DNA of 32,000 nucleotides from Candidatus Iainarchaeum sp. (GCA_030649345.1 JAUSKK010000054.1:23228-55227); one strand, 5' to 3'. Positions 8,359 to 18,073 are shown, counted from the first letter of the stretch. The notes: generated by a model not told the origin, from the sequence alone. Program-made: numbers and translations.

Positions 8359-11300
8359 TTATGCAAAATCCGTTACTTGAATTCGTACAGCTGTAGTGAA
8401 TGGATTAATTTGAATGACTAATTGTCTGTCCTGAATTTTTATTTGTGCTTGATTTCCTGAAGTAAATTGCAAGCTAACATTTTTGTAAAGTGTTTTGGCA
8501 AAATCTCTGGGCAAAATAATTTCCAAATAATTTACATTGGGTACATTTTTAGTTTCAAATACTTCCGTGATTCGTACTTGAACTGGTACAATTCCCTGCT
8601 GGTCAAATTCTTGTACTTTTTGTTTATTCCAATAAATTACTTTAACTCGATCCCATTCAATTTGGAATACTGTGAAGTCATTGCTTTTGCTTCCAGCCAA
8701 TAATCCGCCAATCATTCCTGCGCCTTGAAATTCAAATACAACTTCTTTTCCTGCTTGTGTTCCAATTCCAGTTATTTTACTAACTGCTGCTTGGGCTTGA
8801 TTGTCTGCCAATACTTTGCTGTGAAAACTAAAATCTGCTGCATGCAATACTTGAGGCGCAGTTCCTTCTTCTGGGAATGAACTTCCAAGATTGGCGGCTT
8901 GTCGTAAATCCATTTCTACAATATTTAAATTTTCCATTACTTTGGTATACCGTTTTAAGTGCAAAAGTTCTAAAGTTTCTCCGCTGCCTAAAGCTTCTCT
9001 TAATTCTGCTCTTCGTTCTGTACTAAATCCTTTAATAATTTCCAATAAATTTTCTCCAGCTGCATTACGCGTTTCCACTTCATCAATGACAGAACCAATT
9101 CTGCAATTGGGGCTGGCCTGCAATCCTCTTTGACATAAAGCATTTAGTTTTTGAACTATTTCTTCTAAAGGCCGAGCCATAGCTGCTTGGGTTTTTTGCA
9201 AAGCAGAATCTGTTCCAGTGATAACCAAAAATTGTTGTTCAACTTCACTGTTTAAAGCTTTAGCTGCAGCCCAGCTGGCTTCAATGCCGGGAGTACTGGC
9301 ATGCAAGGCTGGCTGAATATTGTTGACTTCCATCATTCGGTCGGTCAATTTTTTGACTGCTTGAATTAAAGCATAATCTTGATCACTTAACATTCCTTGC
9401 CTGTGCAGTACTTCTGCAGTGTCTGCAATTCTAGCCAGTCTTAAATTTTGCAATCGTAAAACATCTGCTCCAGCTACTTCAATTCCTTCTCCTGTAACCG
9501 GTACAATGGTTGGAATAAATTTTCCACTCGAATGCCGTACAAATCGATAGGTTGCTGCATTGGGTGCCAATTCTTCGAATACAATTCTTTTTCCTAAATC
9601 TGCTTGCAATGCAATTATGGGTTCGCCAAGTTTGTTTTTTAAAATTCCCACAACACTACAGGCAGCTCCAGCTGGAGTAATATTAATTACATTGGGTCCA
9701 GCACATTGTGTTTTGTTTCCAATTCCTACAACTTCAATGTACAAGTCTCTGGAAACTTCTTCAGGCGTTATCTGAATTACTGCAGACTCAATACTGTCTG
9801 CTTCAATGCCTCGAACCAATTCTCCGTCTGCATATATTTTATACATAGCCCATTCACTTTCTTTTCCAGCCCATTTCCCTAAACGCAGTTTGAATGGAAC
9901 AGATGTACTTATTTTTTTCCAAAATACTTGCCTGGTTCTTTTTACAGTTTCTGTTTTATATGTTAAAACTTCCATTGTGTTTTGAATTCCTTTCAAAAAA
10001 TTCATGCTGGCTTTTGCAATTATTGTTTTTCCAGTCTGCAAACTTTCTGCATTCAATACTTTTCCCAATAATACTTCAGTTACATCTACAAATGCAGTGC
10101 TTCCTTTTTGAATTCCTTTTCGTGCAAGCACAAATAATTCTTTTCCGAGTGTTCCAATTTTTGTTTTCAATAAAGCTTTTCCAGCTGTGCCCATTAAACG
10201 CGCAGCTGGCATAATAACTATTTCGCCGGCAATAATTCCAATTACATTCCAGCGCAAGTCTAAAAATGCTCTGGCGAATTCTGTTTCTGTATTGTGTTTT
10301 TCAATTGCTTGAACTAAATTTCCAGCCAATCCTTTGTTTCTATAAAATTCATTCAATTCACTGGTTTGTATTCCCAATGTTGCAGGATTGTATTCTGTTA
10401 AAAATTCTCCTGATTCTTCAATTCCTAAATCTGTACTTAATTTCAGCATATTTTTTGCTTGAGCAAATGCCAGCATTCCTTCTTTTTGTTTGTCTAAATT
10501 TTGGTTTTGATTCCATTGAGTTTGAACCTGAATCCATTTTTGCAAAATCGGATTATTTTCAGCCAATTCTTCCGGTAAATTTCGCTCCGGGAAAGGGCAA
10601 ACTGTAGTAATACACTTGTCATTAACTGCTGCAGATTGCACAAAATATGTATTTCCAGCTAATTTAACTTGAATCTCCAAATTAGCAATTTGATGGGTTA
10701 AAATGCTTTCCGTGGCTGTATTTGGAATCCATTGATTTGAATTGCTTAATTCTGTTTTGGACACAATTATAACTGGACTGGATTCAAACACAATACTTCC
10801 AGTGCTTTGTCCATTATCTGTTTGTTCAACTGCATTATAGAATTCAATTCCTGTGTCTGTGAATTTAATTTTTCCCAATAAAACTGTACTAGTATAGGTT
10901 CCTGCAGATTCACTCATTCCTTCAGCTGTCTCCAGGCCAATAGTCTGCGTGGAATGACTGGTTACAAATAATTCTTCGCCTGTATTAAAATTTCTTGCAA
11001 TATTTCTAGGTTTTTCAATGTTTGAAAAAGTTTGCGTTACTCCATCCAAATATTTTACCAAGCCGCCCAAGACATATGCACCGGAAGGAATTTTGCTTTC
11101 ATCTCTAGCTTGCTTTAGTCTAGCTGTTTTAATTTCAGTTTGAGCCGAACTTAAATTCAAATTTCGTTCATTCATTTGTCCAGCTAAACTTGTTTGAATT
11201 AATTTTAGTTTTATTTCCATTTGAACTAATTCTTTTCTTCGCAAGCCTTGAATGCTTTGCAAGTTTTCATTAATTCCAGTCAATTCTTCAATGGCATAAA

Positions 11301-14300
11301 ACCAATCGTATACTTTTCTATACTGTGTAAATGTTTCTGTTTGTTCTTGATCTAATTGAGCCAATCGAATTTTAGTAAATGTTAATTTTTCGCTGACTTC
11401 TTTTACTGCATTGTCTAAAGCCAAAGCTTGCAAATGTTGCCTGGCTTTTTCTCTGGCTTGCTTTTCCATTTCTGTTTGTTCAGAATCTTCTGCAGTTAAT
11501 CCAATAGTTATCAAATCTAAATTCAATTCCAATCGCACAGCATCTTGCTGGAGCTGAATATTTTGAGGATCCCGGTCCAATAAGTCTTGCGTAATTCTTA
11601 ATTCTTGTAACACAGAAACCCATTCTTTAACTTCCGGTAAAACTTCTTTGGTTTGTTTTAATTTTTCCAATACTGGATCAAATTTTTGAATCAATTTAGC
11701 ATAGCCTTGTTCGCTTTCATTTAATGCATTATTTAATTCAGTTTTAGCCTTGTTTAAAAATTCTGCAATTTTTGTTTTATTAACCCCAGTACCGGAACTT
11801 AAGTGATTCCAAAATTCTGAATTTTCCGAAAACTCTAAAAAACCCAAAGCATCTGGAAACAATTGATTCCAAGCAATGGCCTGCATTTGTTCTAAACCAT
11901 AATAAAATTCATTCAAATGTTTGACTTCTTGATCCACAGAATCCAAATCTTGTAAAAGTTTCAAAACCCAAATTTGTTGATTTTGTGTTGGATTATTTTC
12001 TAAATTTTTCATTTCTAAATCCAAAGCCTTTTGTCCTAAAATTTGTGCTTTTAGTAATTTTGTTTTTGCAAAACAATTATTGTAATAGAATTCTGCCAAT
12101 TTGGTTCCTTGCTTTAAATCAGTCCATTTCAAGCCTAAAAAGGTCTTTCCTGTAAATTCTGGAAATGCACATTCTGGTTTATGCAGTAAGTCTTGCTGGC
12201 TAATCATTTCCCAGACAAAGGCTTCTTTCGGCAATTCTTGCGTACGTACATTTTCTTGTTGAAAGTAATCAATGTATTCTGTGAATGCAGAACTAGAACT
12301 AATGGTGCTGAGTTCAGGTAATCCGGATGTCTTGTTGGCTTGCAAGAATAAACTTAAATCAATTCTAGCTCGTTCATTTATTTTTTGATATTCTTCGAAT
12401 GCCTGTTGGCTTTCTTGCGCATAACAATTAGCAACAATGTCTGTAGTCCATCCGTTTTCTTTTTGTTTTCTTAAACATTCATTGTTTCCTAAATTGATTT
12501 CAATTTCTTGTTTTCCTCCAAACAATAAACCATAATTTAAAATAATTTTTCCGGTTTTGGTTTCATTGAATCCAATTTTTTCTCTTCCTGTTGTTCTGGT
12601 AAATATTCGTTTTACAATCAAAGAATTTTCTTCTGGAATCCAGGTAATCCAATACAATCCTTTTCCATTTTGAGTTAAAACAATAAACGGCTGGCTTTGT
12701 GTTAATTGAATATTTTGAATACTTTGGTAACTGGTTCCATTTTTGGAGAACAAAGATTCATTGTCTAATTCAATTTTGCGCGCAGTGCTTTCCATTTCAT
12801 TTGATCGTGTGGGTTCACTCATTAGTTCTGGTGTTATATTTACATTTTTAATTTCAACAATATTTCCTTTTTTTTCCAGTACAAAATCCAATGCTCCAAA
12901 ATCTAAAGTATCGGTGACTGCATCATTGTCTTCTAAAGTGTATCTTTGCAATTCCACAATTCTGGAAACTTGTACATTGTTTATTCCAGCTTCAACTGTT
13001 GTATTGGTTCCAAGCAAATCTCCTGTACTGATTCGATCTTGTTCTGGTAAATAGTTTGTTCCATCTAACCAAACTTTTAATCTAAATGGTTCAATTTTTC
13101 CATTGACAGTTACATGCATTCCTTGAGCAATTCCTTGTTTGCTTTCCAGTGAAGGTGCTGTAGATTGCCATTCATTTCCTAGGTTTGGCAAAGTATTTGG
13201 GTTGGTGAATAAAAATTCTTGTTCAATTTCAGGTGCTTGCTCCGAGAAATAAATTGGCAAAGGCTGAGGCAAAGCATAGTTTGTTTGCAGTTGTTTTCTT
13301 GGAGTTAAGTCTTCGGCTTTAAATTCAATTTCTAAATACGGATTTTCAGTTTCCACTTGAGCTCGTTCTTCTTCGAAAGTTGCTTTAATTGTTCCAGAAT
13401 TGCCTGCTTTCCATTGTTTGTATTCTTGAAGTATTTCTTGTCTACAAGCTGCTTGGGTGCCTCCTTGAGGGCATGTATTGAAATCTGTACAATAAGGGCA
13501 TAATTTAAAAGCCAAACAATCAGCAATAATTCCTTCAGGAACTGTTTTTTCCCAATATCTGTCAGGTTCCGGTGTTCCACATTCAGTGAATACTTCTTTT
13601 TTGTACATGGAAGTTTCCCAGTAAGCTTCTTCGGTTGCTTTTCTTGTGCAGCTCATTGCTTGACCTGCATCTCTTAATCCATCCTGAGTTGCATTTCGGT
13701 CACATTCATCTGCTTTTTCTTCAATTTTTTTTCCCCATTCTCCAAAATCAGTATTTCCGTTTCGAATTTCTGTAACAGCTTCATTAATGGTTGTCATTAC
13801 TTGTGCAAATTCTGCTTCAGTATATCTATCAGATTCAATGGGTATTACTTTTTGTCCCACCTGCGCAGCAATACTGTCTGCAATATATCCGCCGAAATTA
13901 TTATTTGCTGAATTGCAGGACAAATTCAAGTTTTCAATATTTTGAACCATTTGCTCTAATTCAGCTCTATGTCTTACAGCCATTTCCAGATTGCTTAAAG
14001 GATAAATAAAAAGTGAGTGCAGGCAATTCTGTCCCCCGGCTAATTTAATTTCAACTGTTCCAAATGGATCATCCGGTGAATCCCCAGTAAAAATTACCGG
14101 ATCATCTAAAACAACAGTTGATTCTCCAGCTCCCGTAATTTGTACATCACTTGCTTTTTGCGCCAAACTTTTAGGAACTAAAATTAATAATCCAGTTCCA
14201 GGCACGTGTGTTTCTGGATTAAATGTAATGGTTTCAGTATGCTTTACTCCATCATCTGTAACTTGTACAATTCCATAATTGTTTTCATCTCCAATTGAAT

Positions 14301-14913
14301 ATTCAAATTCATACGGTTGAAACACCATGGCCGTTGTTGGAGTTTGTTCCAATAAAATTTTGGTTCCAAATTCTGCGCTTAATTTTGCATTCAGTCTTTC
14401 TTCGCTTTGATTTACTTTTGTACAATCCCATGCAATGCTTTCAAATTCTGCAAATTCTTCTACAATTTCCTGCAATTCATTTTGAGTTAATTCATCAAAA
14501 ACTGTTTTCGGCAAAAGCACAGCCATAGAGCAACCATTTCGATCTGCGCTTGAATATTCAATTCTGTAATCTAAATTTCCTTGATCGGTTTCAGACTTTA
14601 CAACAATGGGTTTGGTTAACAAAACGCTTTGTTTTTGGTTTCCCTGAAAACTTAAAGCACTTACTCTTGAAACCAACGAACTGGGAACAAAATTCAAGAA
14701 GACTAATTGTTCTGCGTTTTCTTGAATTGTGTATTTTTCAATATGCTGGTTTTGGTTTACTGAAATTGTTTTTTGAACTTCAATTCCAGCAAAATTCAAA
14801 GAATAGGTTTTCTCACTTAAAGTAGATTCAGGAACTATTGGTTTAGAATAAAATACAAACCAGCCGGCCAATACCAAAACTAAAATAATCCCAATTGCGA
14901 GTTTATTATTCAT
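8359..14913 (-). CDS. Giant secreted or membrane-anchored protein (2,184 aa), function unknown
   Basis: Complete ORF in the track. N-terminal signal/anchor MNNKLAIGIILVLVLAGWFVFYS. Cys-rich module around nt 13416-13701 (CTRKATEE...CLAFKLCPYCTDFNTCPQGGTQAAC). Long helical, coiled-coil-like Q/E/K/L-rich region around nt 10700-12300. Moderately hydrophobic segment NVIGIIAGEIVIMPAA at 10208-10260. The C-terminus has no hydrophobic sorting signal. No catalytic motif recognised. Confidence 0.85.
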   Translation of the reverse strand: MNNKLAIGIILVLVLAGWFVFYSKPIVPESTLSEKTYSLNFAGIEVQKTISVNQNQHIEKYTIQENAEQLVFLNFVPSSLVSRVSALSFQGNQKQSVLLTKPIVVKSETDQGNLDYRIEYSSADRNGCSMAVLLPKTVFDELTQNELQEIVEEFAEFESIAWDCTKVNQSEERLNAKLSAEFGTKILLEQTPTTAMVFQPYEFEYSIGDENNYGIVQVTDDGVKHTETITFNPETHVPGTGLLILVPKSLAQKASDVQITGAGESTVVLDDPVIFTGDSPDDPFGTVEIKLAGGQNCLHSLFIYPLSNLEMAVRHRAELEQMVQNIENLNLSCNSANNNFGGYIADSIAAQVGQKVIPIESDRYTEAEFAQVMTTINEAVTEIRNGNTDFGEWGKKIEEKADECDRNATQDGLRDAGQAMSCTRKATEEAYWETSMYKKEVFTECGTPEPDRYWEKTVPEGIIADCLAFKLCPYCTDFNTCPQGGTQAACRQEILQEYKQWKAGNSGTIKATFEEERAQVETENPYLEIEFKAEDLTPRKQLQTNYALPQPLPIYFSEQAPEIEQEFLFTNPNTLPNLGNEWQSTAPSLESKQGIAQGMHVTVNGKIEPFRLKVWLDGTNYLPEQDRISTGDLLGTNTTVEAGINNVQVSRIVELQRYTLEDNDAVTDTLDFGALDFVLEKKGNIVEIKNVNITPELMSEPTRSNEMESTARKIELDNESLFSKNGTSYQSIQNIQLTQSQPFIVLTQNGKGLYWITWIPEENSLIVKRIFTRTTGREKIGFNETKTGKIILNYGLLFGGKQEIEINLGNNECLRKQKENGWTTDIVANCYAQESQQAFEEYQKINERARIDLSLFLQANKTSGLPELSTISSSSAFTEYIDYFQQENVRTQELPKEAFVWEMISQQDLLHKPECAFPEFTGKTFLGLKWTDLKQGTKLAEFYYNNCFAKTKLLKAQILGQKALDLEMKNLENNPTQNQQIWVLKLLQDLDSVDQEVKHLNEFYYGLEQMQAIAWNQLFPDALGFLEFSENSEFWNHLSSGTGVNKTKIAEFLNKAKTELNNALNESEQGYAKLIQKFDPVLEKLKQTKEVLPEVKEWVSVLQELRITQDLLDRDPQNIQLQQDAVRLELNLDLITIGLTAEDSEQTEMEKQAREKARQHLQALALDNAVKEVSEKLTFTKIRLAQLDQEQTETFTQYRKVYDWFYAIEELTGINENLQSIQGLRRKELVQMEIKLKLIQTSLAGQMNERNLNLSSAQTEIKTARLKQARDESKIPSGAYVLGGLVKYLDGVTQTFSNIEKPRNIARNFNTGEELFVTSHSTQTIGLETAEGMSESAGTYTSTVLLGKIKFTDTGIEFYNAVEQTDNGQSTGSIVFESSPVIIVSKTELSNSNQWIPNTATESILTHQIANLEIQVKLAGNTYFVQSAAVNDKCITTVCPFPERNLPEELAENNPILQKWIQVQTQWNQNQNLDKQKEGMLAFAQAKNMLKLSTDLGIEESGEFLTEYNPATLGIQTSELNEFYRNKGLAGNLVQAIEKHNTETEFARAFLDLRWNVIGIIAGEIVIMPAARLMGTAGKALLKTKIGTLGKELFVLARKGIQKGSTAFVDVTEVLLGKVLNAESLQTGKTIIAKASMNFLKGIQNTMEVLTYKTETVKRTRQVFWKKISTSVPFKLRLGKWAGKESEWAMYKIYADGELVRGIEADSIESAVIQITPEEVSRDLYIEVVGIGNKTQCAGPNVINITPAGAACSVVGILKNKLGEPIIALQADLGKRIVFEELAPNAATYRFVRHSSGKFIPTIVPVTGEGIEVAGADVLRLQNLRLARIADTAEVLHRQGMLSDQDYALIQAVKKLTDRMMEVNNIQPALHASTPGIEASWAAAKALNSEVEQQFLVITGTDSALQKTQAAMARPLEEIVQKLNALCQRGLQASPNCRIGSVIDEVETRNAAGENLLEIIKGFSTERRAELREALGSGETLELLHLKRYTKVMENLNIVEMDLRQAANLGSSFPEEGTAPQVLHAADFSFHSKVLADNQAQAAVSKITGIGTQAGKEVVFEFQGAGMIGGLLAGSKSNDFTVFQIEWDRVKVIYWNKQKVQEFDQQGIVPVQVRITEVFETKNVPNVNYLEIILPRDFAKTLYKNVSLQFTSGNQAQIKIQDRQLVIQINPFTTAVRIQVTDFA

Positions 14914-14995
14914 TTATATAATATAGGACTTTTTGCTTAAAAATAGTTACTTTTGCAGTAATTCTTTGTTAAACCTTTTTAAACCTAAATGAATT

Positions 14996-15319
14996 ATGTC
15001 TGAAATTTCCTGCGAAGAATTGAATGAAAAACTCAAATCTAAAAAAAAACCTTTTTTGTTGGACGTGCGTACTTCCGAAGAATATGCTAAAGCTCACTTG
15101 GAAGATTCTAAATTAATTCCAATTCAAGAATTTGCAGAAAGAATAAACGAATTGCCTGCAGACAAAACAACAGAAATTGTGGTTTATTGCCATTACGGCG
15201 GACGTTCGACTCGAGTCATGCAGTTTATGAAAACTCAGGGATTCACCAATGTAAAATCTTTAGAAGGCGGTTTAAGCTTTTGGGAATTACGCAAACTTCC
15301 GATGAAATGCAAACTTTAA
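14996..15319 (+). CDS. Single-domain rhodanese-like sulfurtransferase (107 aa)
   Basis: Typical rhodanese layout: LLDVRTSEEYAKAHLEDSKLIP, active-site loop CHYGGRS (C-x2-G-x-R-S/T), then LEGGLSFW. A TATA-like tttttaaacc lies about 20-30 nt upstream of the ATG. Confidence 0.85.
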   Translation: MSEISCEELNEKLKSKKKPFLLDVRTSEEYAKAHLEDSKLIPIQEFAERINELPADKTTEIVVYCHYGGRSTRVMQFMKTQGFTNVKSLEGGLSFWELRKLPMKCKL

Positions 15320-15832
15320 TTTTCCAATACTCCAAGCAAACCAAATAAAATAAAATCCTGCAATTACAATAAACAAAGTCAAACGAAACAAAACATTGTG
15401 CACTAAATCAATGGTTTGAATATCTGAATTGAAAATAAATAAAACTGTTGCAAAAATTCGAATTAAATTAAATATTTGGGTCCCAATCACAGCAAATACT
15501 ATTCCCTTGATTCTCTTGTTCCACTCAATTCCATGCGAAGCTAAAATTGCAGAAACCAAAACAATTAATTCCAAAAAACCAGTGCACAAATAACTAATTG
15601 CAATTTCTGTAGTTTCTGTGCTTAATAAAATCGGTTCCTGAAAAGTTAACACGGTAGGTTTTCCAATAAATGACAAAAATTGCTGCGTAAACCAAGCAGT
15701 CGGCCATTCTAAAAACTGTAAAGGAATCAAAGAAATAACTAAACTTAAAACTATAAAAAATAATGCAAAACCGGAAAGAAAAATAATGCTTTTCTTGATT
15801 TCTGTTTTAATTTGTTGTTCTGTAATCTGCAT
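15287..15832 (-). CDS. Minimal exosortase/archaeosortase-family integral membrane protein (181 aa)
   Basis: Polytopic membrane protein with the family's three signature positions in the expected order: Cys in ISYLCTGFLEL, Asn/Arg in IFNLIRIF, His in LVHNVLFR. Its start lies 2 nt after the mutY stop, so the two are probably co-transcribed. Its 3' end overlaps the convergent rhodanese gene by 33 nt. Confidence 0.55.
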   Translation of the reverse strand: MQITEQQIKTEIKKSIIFLSGFALFFIVLSLVISLIPLQFLEWPTAWFTQQFLSFIGKPTVLTFQEPILLSTETTEIAISYLCTGFLELIVLVSAILASHGIEWNKRIKGIVFAVIGTQIFNLIRIFATVLFIFNSDIQTIDLVHNVLFRLTLFIVIAGFYFIWFAWSIGKLKFAFHRKFA

Positions 15833-15834
15833 AA

Positions 15835-16968
15835 TTATTTCAGCTCTTTTAAACTTAAAATTTTTCCAGCCTGTAAATCTTTTAAAGATTGTTTAATCTG
15901 TTTTATTTCATCCAATGAGAGTTTAATATCTGTGTTTGAAGTCATCCATTTTTCCAAAATTTTGTGATTCACTTTGCTTAACGCCAGCTTTCGAATTTGG
16001 TTGTGGCTAAAAAATTGCAGGGAATTGTTTTCTTTAATCTTTGCTTTCCAAATCCAAACTTCTTGCTTGAAGTGAGTATATGAATGTTTTACTTTGCCCA
16101 ATCCTTTTTCCAATTTAACTTCTAAATTTAGTTCTTTTTTAATTTTTTGCTCCAGCTCAGCTTTGTCCAAGAAATTGGGCTTAGTTTCAATGAGTGGAAA
16201 CTCCCACAAATTTTTCAATAATCCTTGTTCAGTTCGTTTTCTTAAAAATAGTTTTCTATTTTGTTCTAGTACAAGTCCTATAAACTTTTTTACTGGAACT
16301 TTTTTCTTTTTTATTTTTTTTGGAAACTTTTCTTGCGCTTTGTTTTCAAATGCATAACAGTTTTCTTGCAAAGGACATTTCATGCACTCTGGATTTTTTG
16401 GCAAACAAATCAATGCGCCTAATTCCATTAACCCTTGATTGAAATTTCTGGCTTTTCCTTTGGGCAAAATTTTTTCTGCAATTGTTGAAAAATATGTTCG
16501 TTCTTGCAAGCTTTTATTCAATCCATAAAATCGAGATAAAACGCGAACCACATTTCCATCCACAACTGCTTCATTTTGTTCAAATGCAATGCTGGCCACA
16601 GCTGAACTAATATAAGGCCCAAAGCCAGGTAATTTTTCTAATTCGTTTTTTGTTCTTGGAATTTTTCCATCCAATTGGTTTACTATTTCTTTTGCTGCTT
16701 GATGCAAATTTCTTGCTCTGGAATAATATCCCAATCCTTCCCATGCTTTCAATACTGAGTCTTCTTTAGCTTTTGCCAAGCTTTCTAGATTGGGAAATTG
16801 TTTTATGAATAGTTCAAAATAAGGCACAGCTTGATCCATTCTGGTTTGCTGTAACATGACTTCGCTGACCCAAACTTCGTATGGATTATACTGTTTTCGC
16901 CAAGGCAAGTTTCTTTGATTTTTTTGAAGCCAATTCAAAAGTTTTTGAGCTGGAAATTTTGTTTCCAT
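15835..16968 (-). CDS. mutY: A/G-specific adenine DNA glycosylase (MutY family), with a C-terminal NUDIX-like domain and a short extra tail
   Basis: LPWRKQYNPYEVWVSEVMLQQTRMDQAVPYF, GLGYYSRARNLHQAA, LPGFGPYISSAVASIAF, catalytic VDGNVVRVLSR, and a 4Fe-4S ligand pattern C-x6-C-x2-C-x5-C (CLPKNPECMKCPLQENC). Confidence 0.9.
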   Translation of the reverse strand: METKFPAQKLLNWLQKNQRNLPWRKQYNPYEVWVSEVMLQQTRMDQAVPYFELFIKQFPNLESLAKAKEDSVLKAWEGLGYYSRARNLHQAAKEIVNQLDGKIPRTKNELEKLPGFGPYISSAVASIAFEQNEAVVDGNVVRVLSRFYGLNKSLQERTYFSTIAEKILPKGKARNFNQGLMELGALICLPKNPECMKCPLQENCYAFENKAQEKFPKKIKKKKVPVKKFIGLVLEQNRKLFLRKRTEQGLLKNLWEFPLIETKPNFLDKAELEQKIKKELNLEVKLEKGLGKVKHSYTHFKQEVWIWKAKIKENNSLQFFSHNQIRKLALSKVNHKILEKWMTSNTDIKLSLDEIKQIKQSLKDLQAGKILSLKELK

Positions 16969-16999
16969 TTAAGAATTAGCTTTATTCTCTTTTTGAATG

Positions 17000-17383
17000 T
17001 TATTGTGTTTCTGCAGTCAGTATGCCATCTACTTTTTGATCGATTCTGCAATCATATGAAGATAAATCCAAAGGCGCTGGGGCATTTGGATTTTCTTGGG
17101 TTAAAATTTGTTCGCCTACTTTGGTTCCCTGAGAATTATAATAATAACTTTCTGCGTCATATCCGGAGCTTCCAGTTACTACAAATATGAGTTCATTTTC
17201 TTTTTCGCACACAGTAATTGCTGCTCCGGCTCCTTGGGCGTGTTTTTCAATCAATGTTTGGAAGTGCTCAAAAACAATGGCTGGACGTATTCTTTCTTCC
17301 GAATTGGCGGCGTTGGGCTGAGTGCATCCTGCTAAAATTAAGAATACAATTAAACTTGATAAAATTGCAAATTTGAAATTCAT
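17000..17383 (-). CDS. Small lipobox lipoprotein (127 aa)
   Basis: Signal peptide with lipobox MNFKFAILSSLIVFLILAGC. The C-terminal domain is paralogous to the one in the next gene (QGAGAAITVCEKENELIFVVTGSSG...YYYNSQGTKVGE...PAPLDLSSYDC). Confidence 0.7.
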   Translation of the reverse strand: MNFKFAILSSLIVFLILAGCTQPNAANSEERIRPAIVFEHFQTLIEKHAQGAGAAITVCEKENELIFVVTGSSGYDAESYYYNSQGTKVGEQILTQENPNAPAPLDLSSYDCRIDQKVDGILTAETQ

Positions 17384-17413
17384 AAAAAACTAACCCATTT
17401 CTTATTTATAAAT

Positions 17414-18073
17414 TTATTCGGTCTTAGCTACGATTTGGCATTCATCCATTTCCAAAGAAACTGGCGGCCCTGGATCTCTGGGATCAATAACGTCGCCCCA
17501 GTTATATTTTCCTATAAAATTTCCATTGGTGTCAAAATAATTATTTTGTCCATTGTCTCCAGCATTTCCTTTCACCAAATAGACTATTTTATTGTCTTTA
17601 AAGCAAGCCAATAATTCTGCTCCTTGAATGTTTTCATAAAGTGGTTTGATTTCTTCAAACTTTTGCTTAACTAGTTCAGGTACTTGTTCTAATTCAATAG
17701 TTGGAATAATAGCACAATGGTTTTCAATGCAGTCAATTCTTCCAATTCCACAATCTAAAGGGCCTTCACAGCGTTCAGAACAAGCAAATTCAAAAGGCCC
17801 ATCTTCTAGAAAAGCTTTATTGATTGCTTTATCTGGATGACAGGTTTTATTCGGAACACAATCTGTTTTAGTTTCGCAAAAATTTTGAACTGGCTCTACT
17901 ATAGGCTCATTATTGTCTGGAATTGTACTAGTACAATCCGCATAGCAGGATTCAATGCTTTCTCCGAATTCACAATACGTATTTCCGCATTTTGGACTGC
18001 CTTCTGGATTAATACAGCCTGCTAAAAATAAGACCAATAATACTAAACTGATTCCGAAAAATTTGAATTTCAT
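17414..18073 (-). CDS. Cys-rich lipobox lipoprotein (219 aa), paralogue of the 17000-17383 product
   Basis: MKFKFFGISLVLLVLFLAGC lipobox. N-terminal Cys-rich module (about 16 Cys). The C-terminal domain aligns with the neighbouring gene (QGAELLACFKDNKIVYLVKGNAG...NYFDTNGNFIGK...PPVSLEMDEC). Confidence 0.7.
   Translation of the reverse strand: MKFKFFGISLVLLVLFLAGCINPEGSPKCGNTYCEFGESIESCYADCTSTIPDNNEPIVEPVQNFCETKTDCVPNKTCHPDKAINKAFLEDGPFEFACSERCEGPLDCGIGRIDCIENHCAIIPTIELEQVPELVKQKFEEIKPLYENIQGAELLACFKDNKIVYLVKGNAGDNGQNNYFDTNGNFIGKYNWGDVIDPRDPGPPVSLEMDECQIVAKTE

Noticed and set aside
8359-8460. The 2,184-aa protein as a substrate of the neighbouring archaeosortase-like enzyme
   Set aside because: Its C-terminus (...INPFTTAVRIQVTDFA) has no signature motif, hydrophobic helix or basic tail, so it lacks the tripartite sorting signal this enzyme family requires.
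8467-14825. Plus-strand ORFs inside 8359-14913 (e.g. 9894-10214, 10266-10607, 12743-13054) and the minus-strand ORF 13332-13580
   Set aside because: These are shadow ORFs antisense to, or out of frame with, the 2,184-aa gene, with the same F/L/C-rich junk composition.
15835-15960. The MutY C-terminal tail (LSLDEIKQIKQSLKDLQAGKILSLKELK) as a fused extra domain
   Set aside because: It is only about 35 residues of amphipathic helix with no recognisable motif. It is most simply a lineage-specific tail and too weak to report as a finding.
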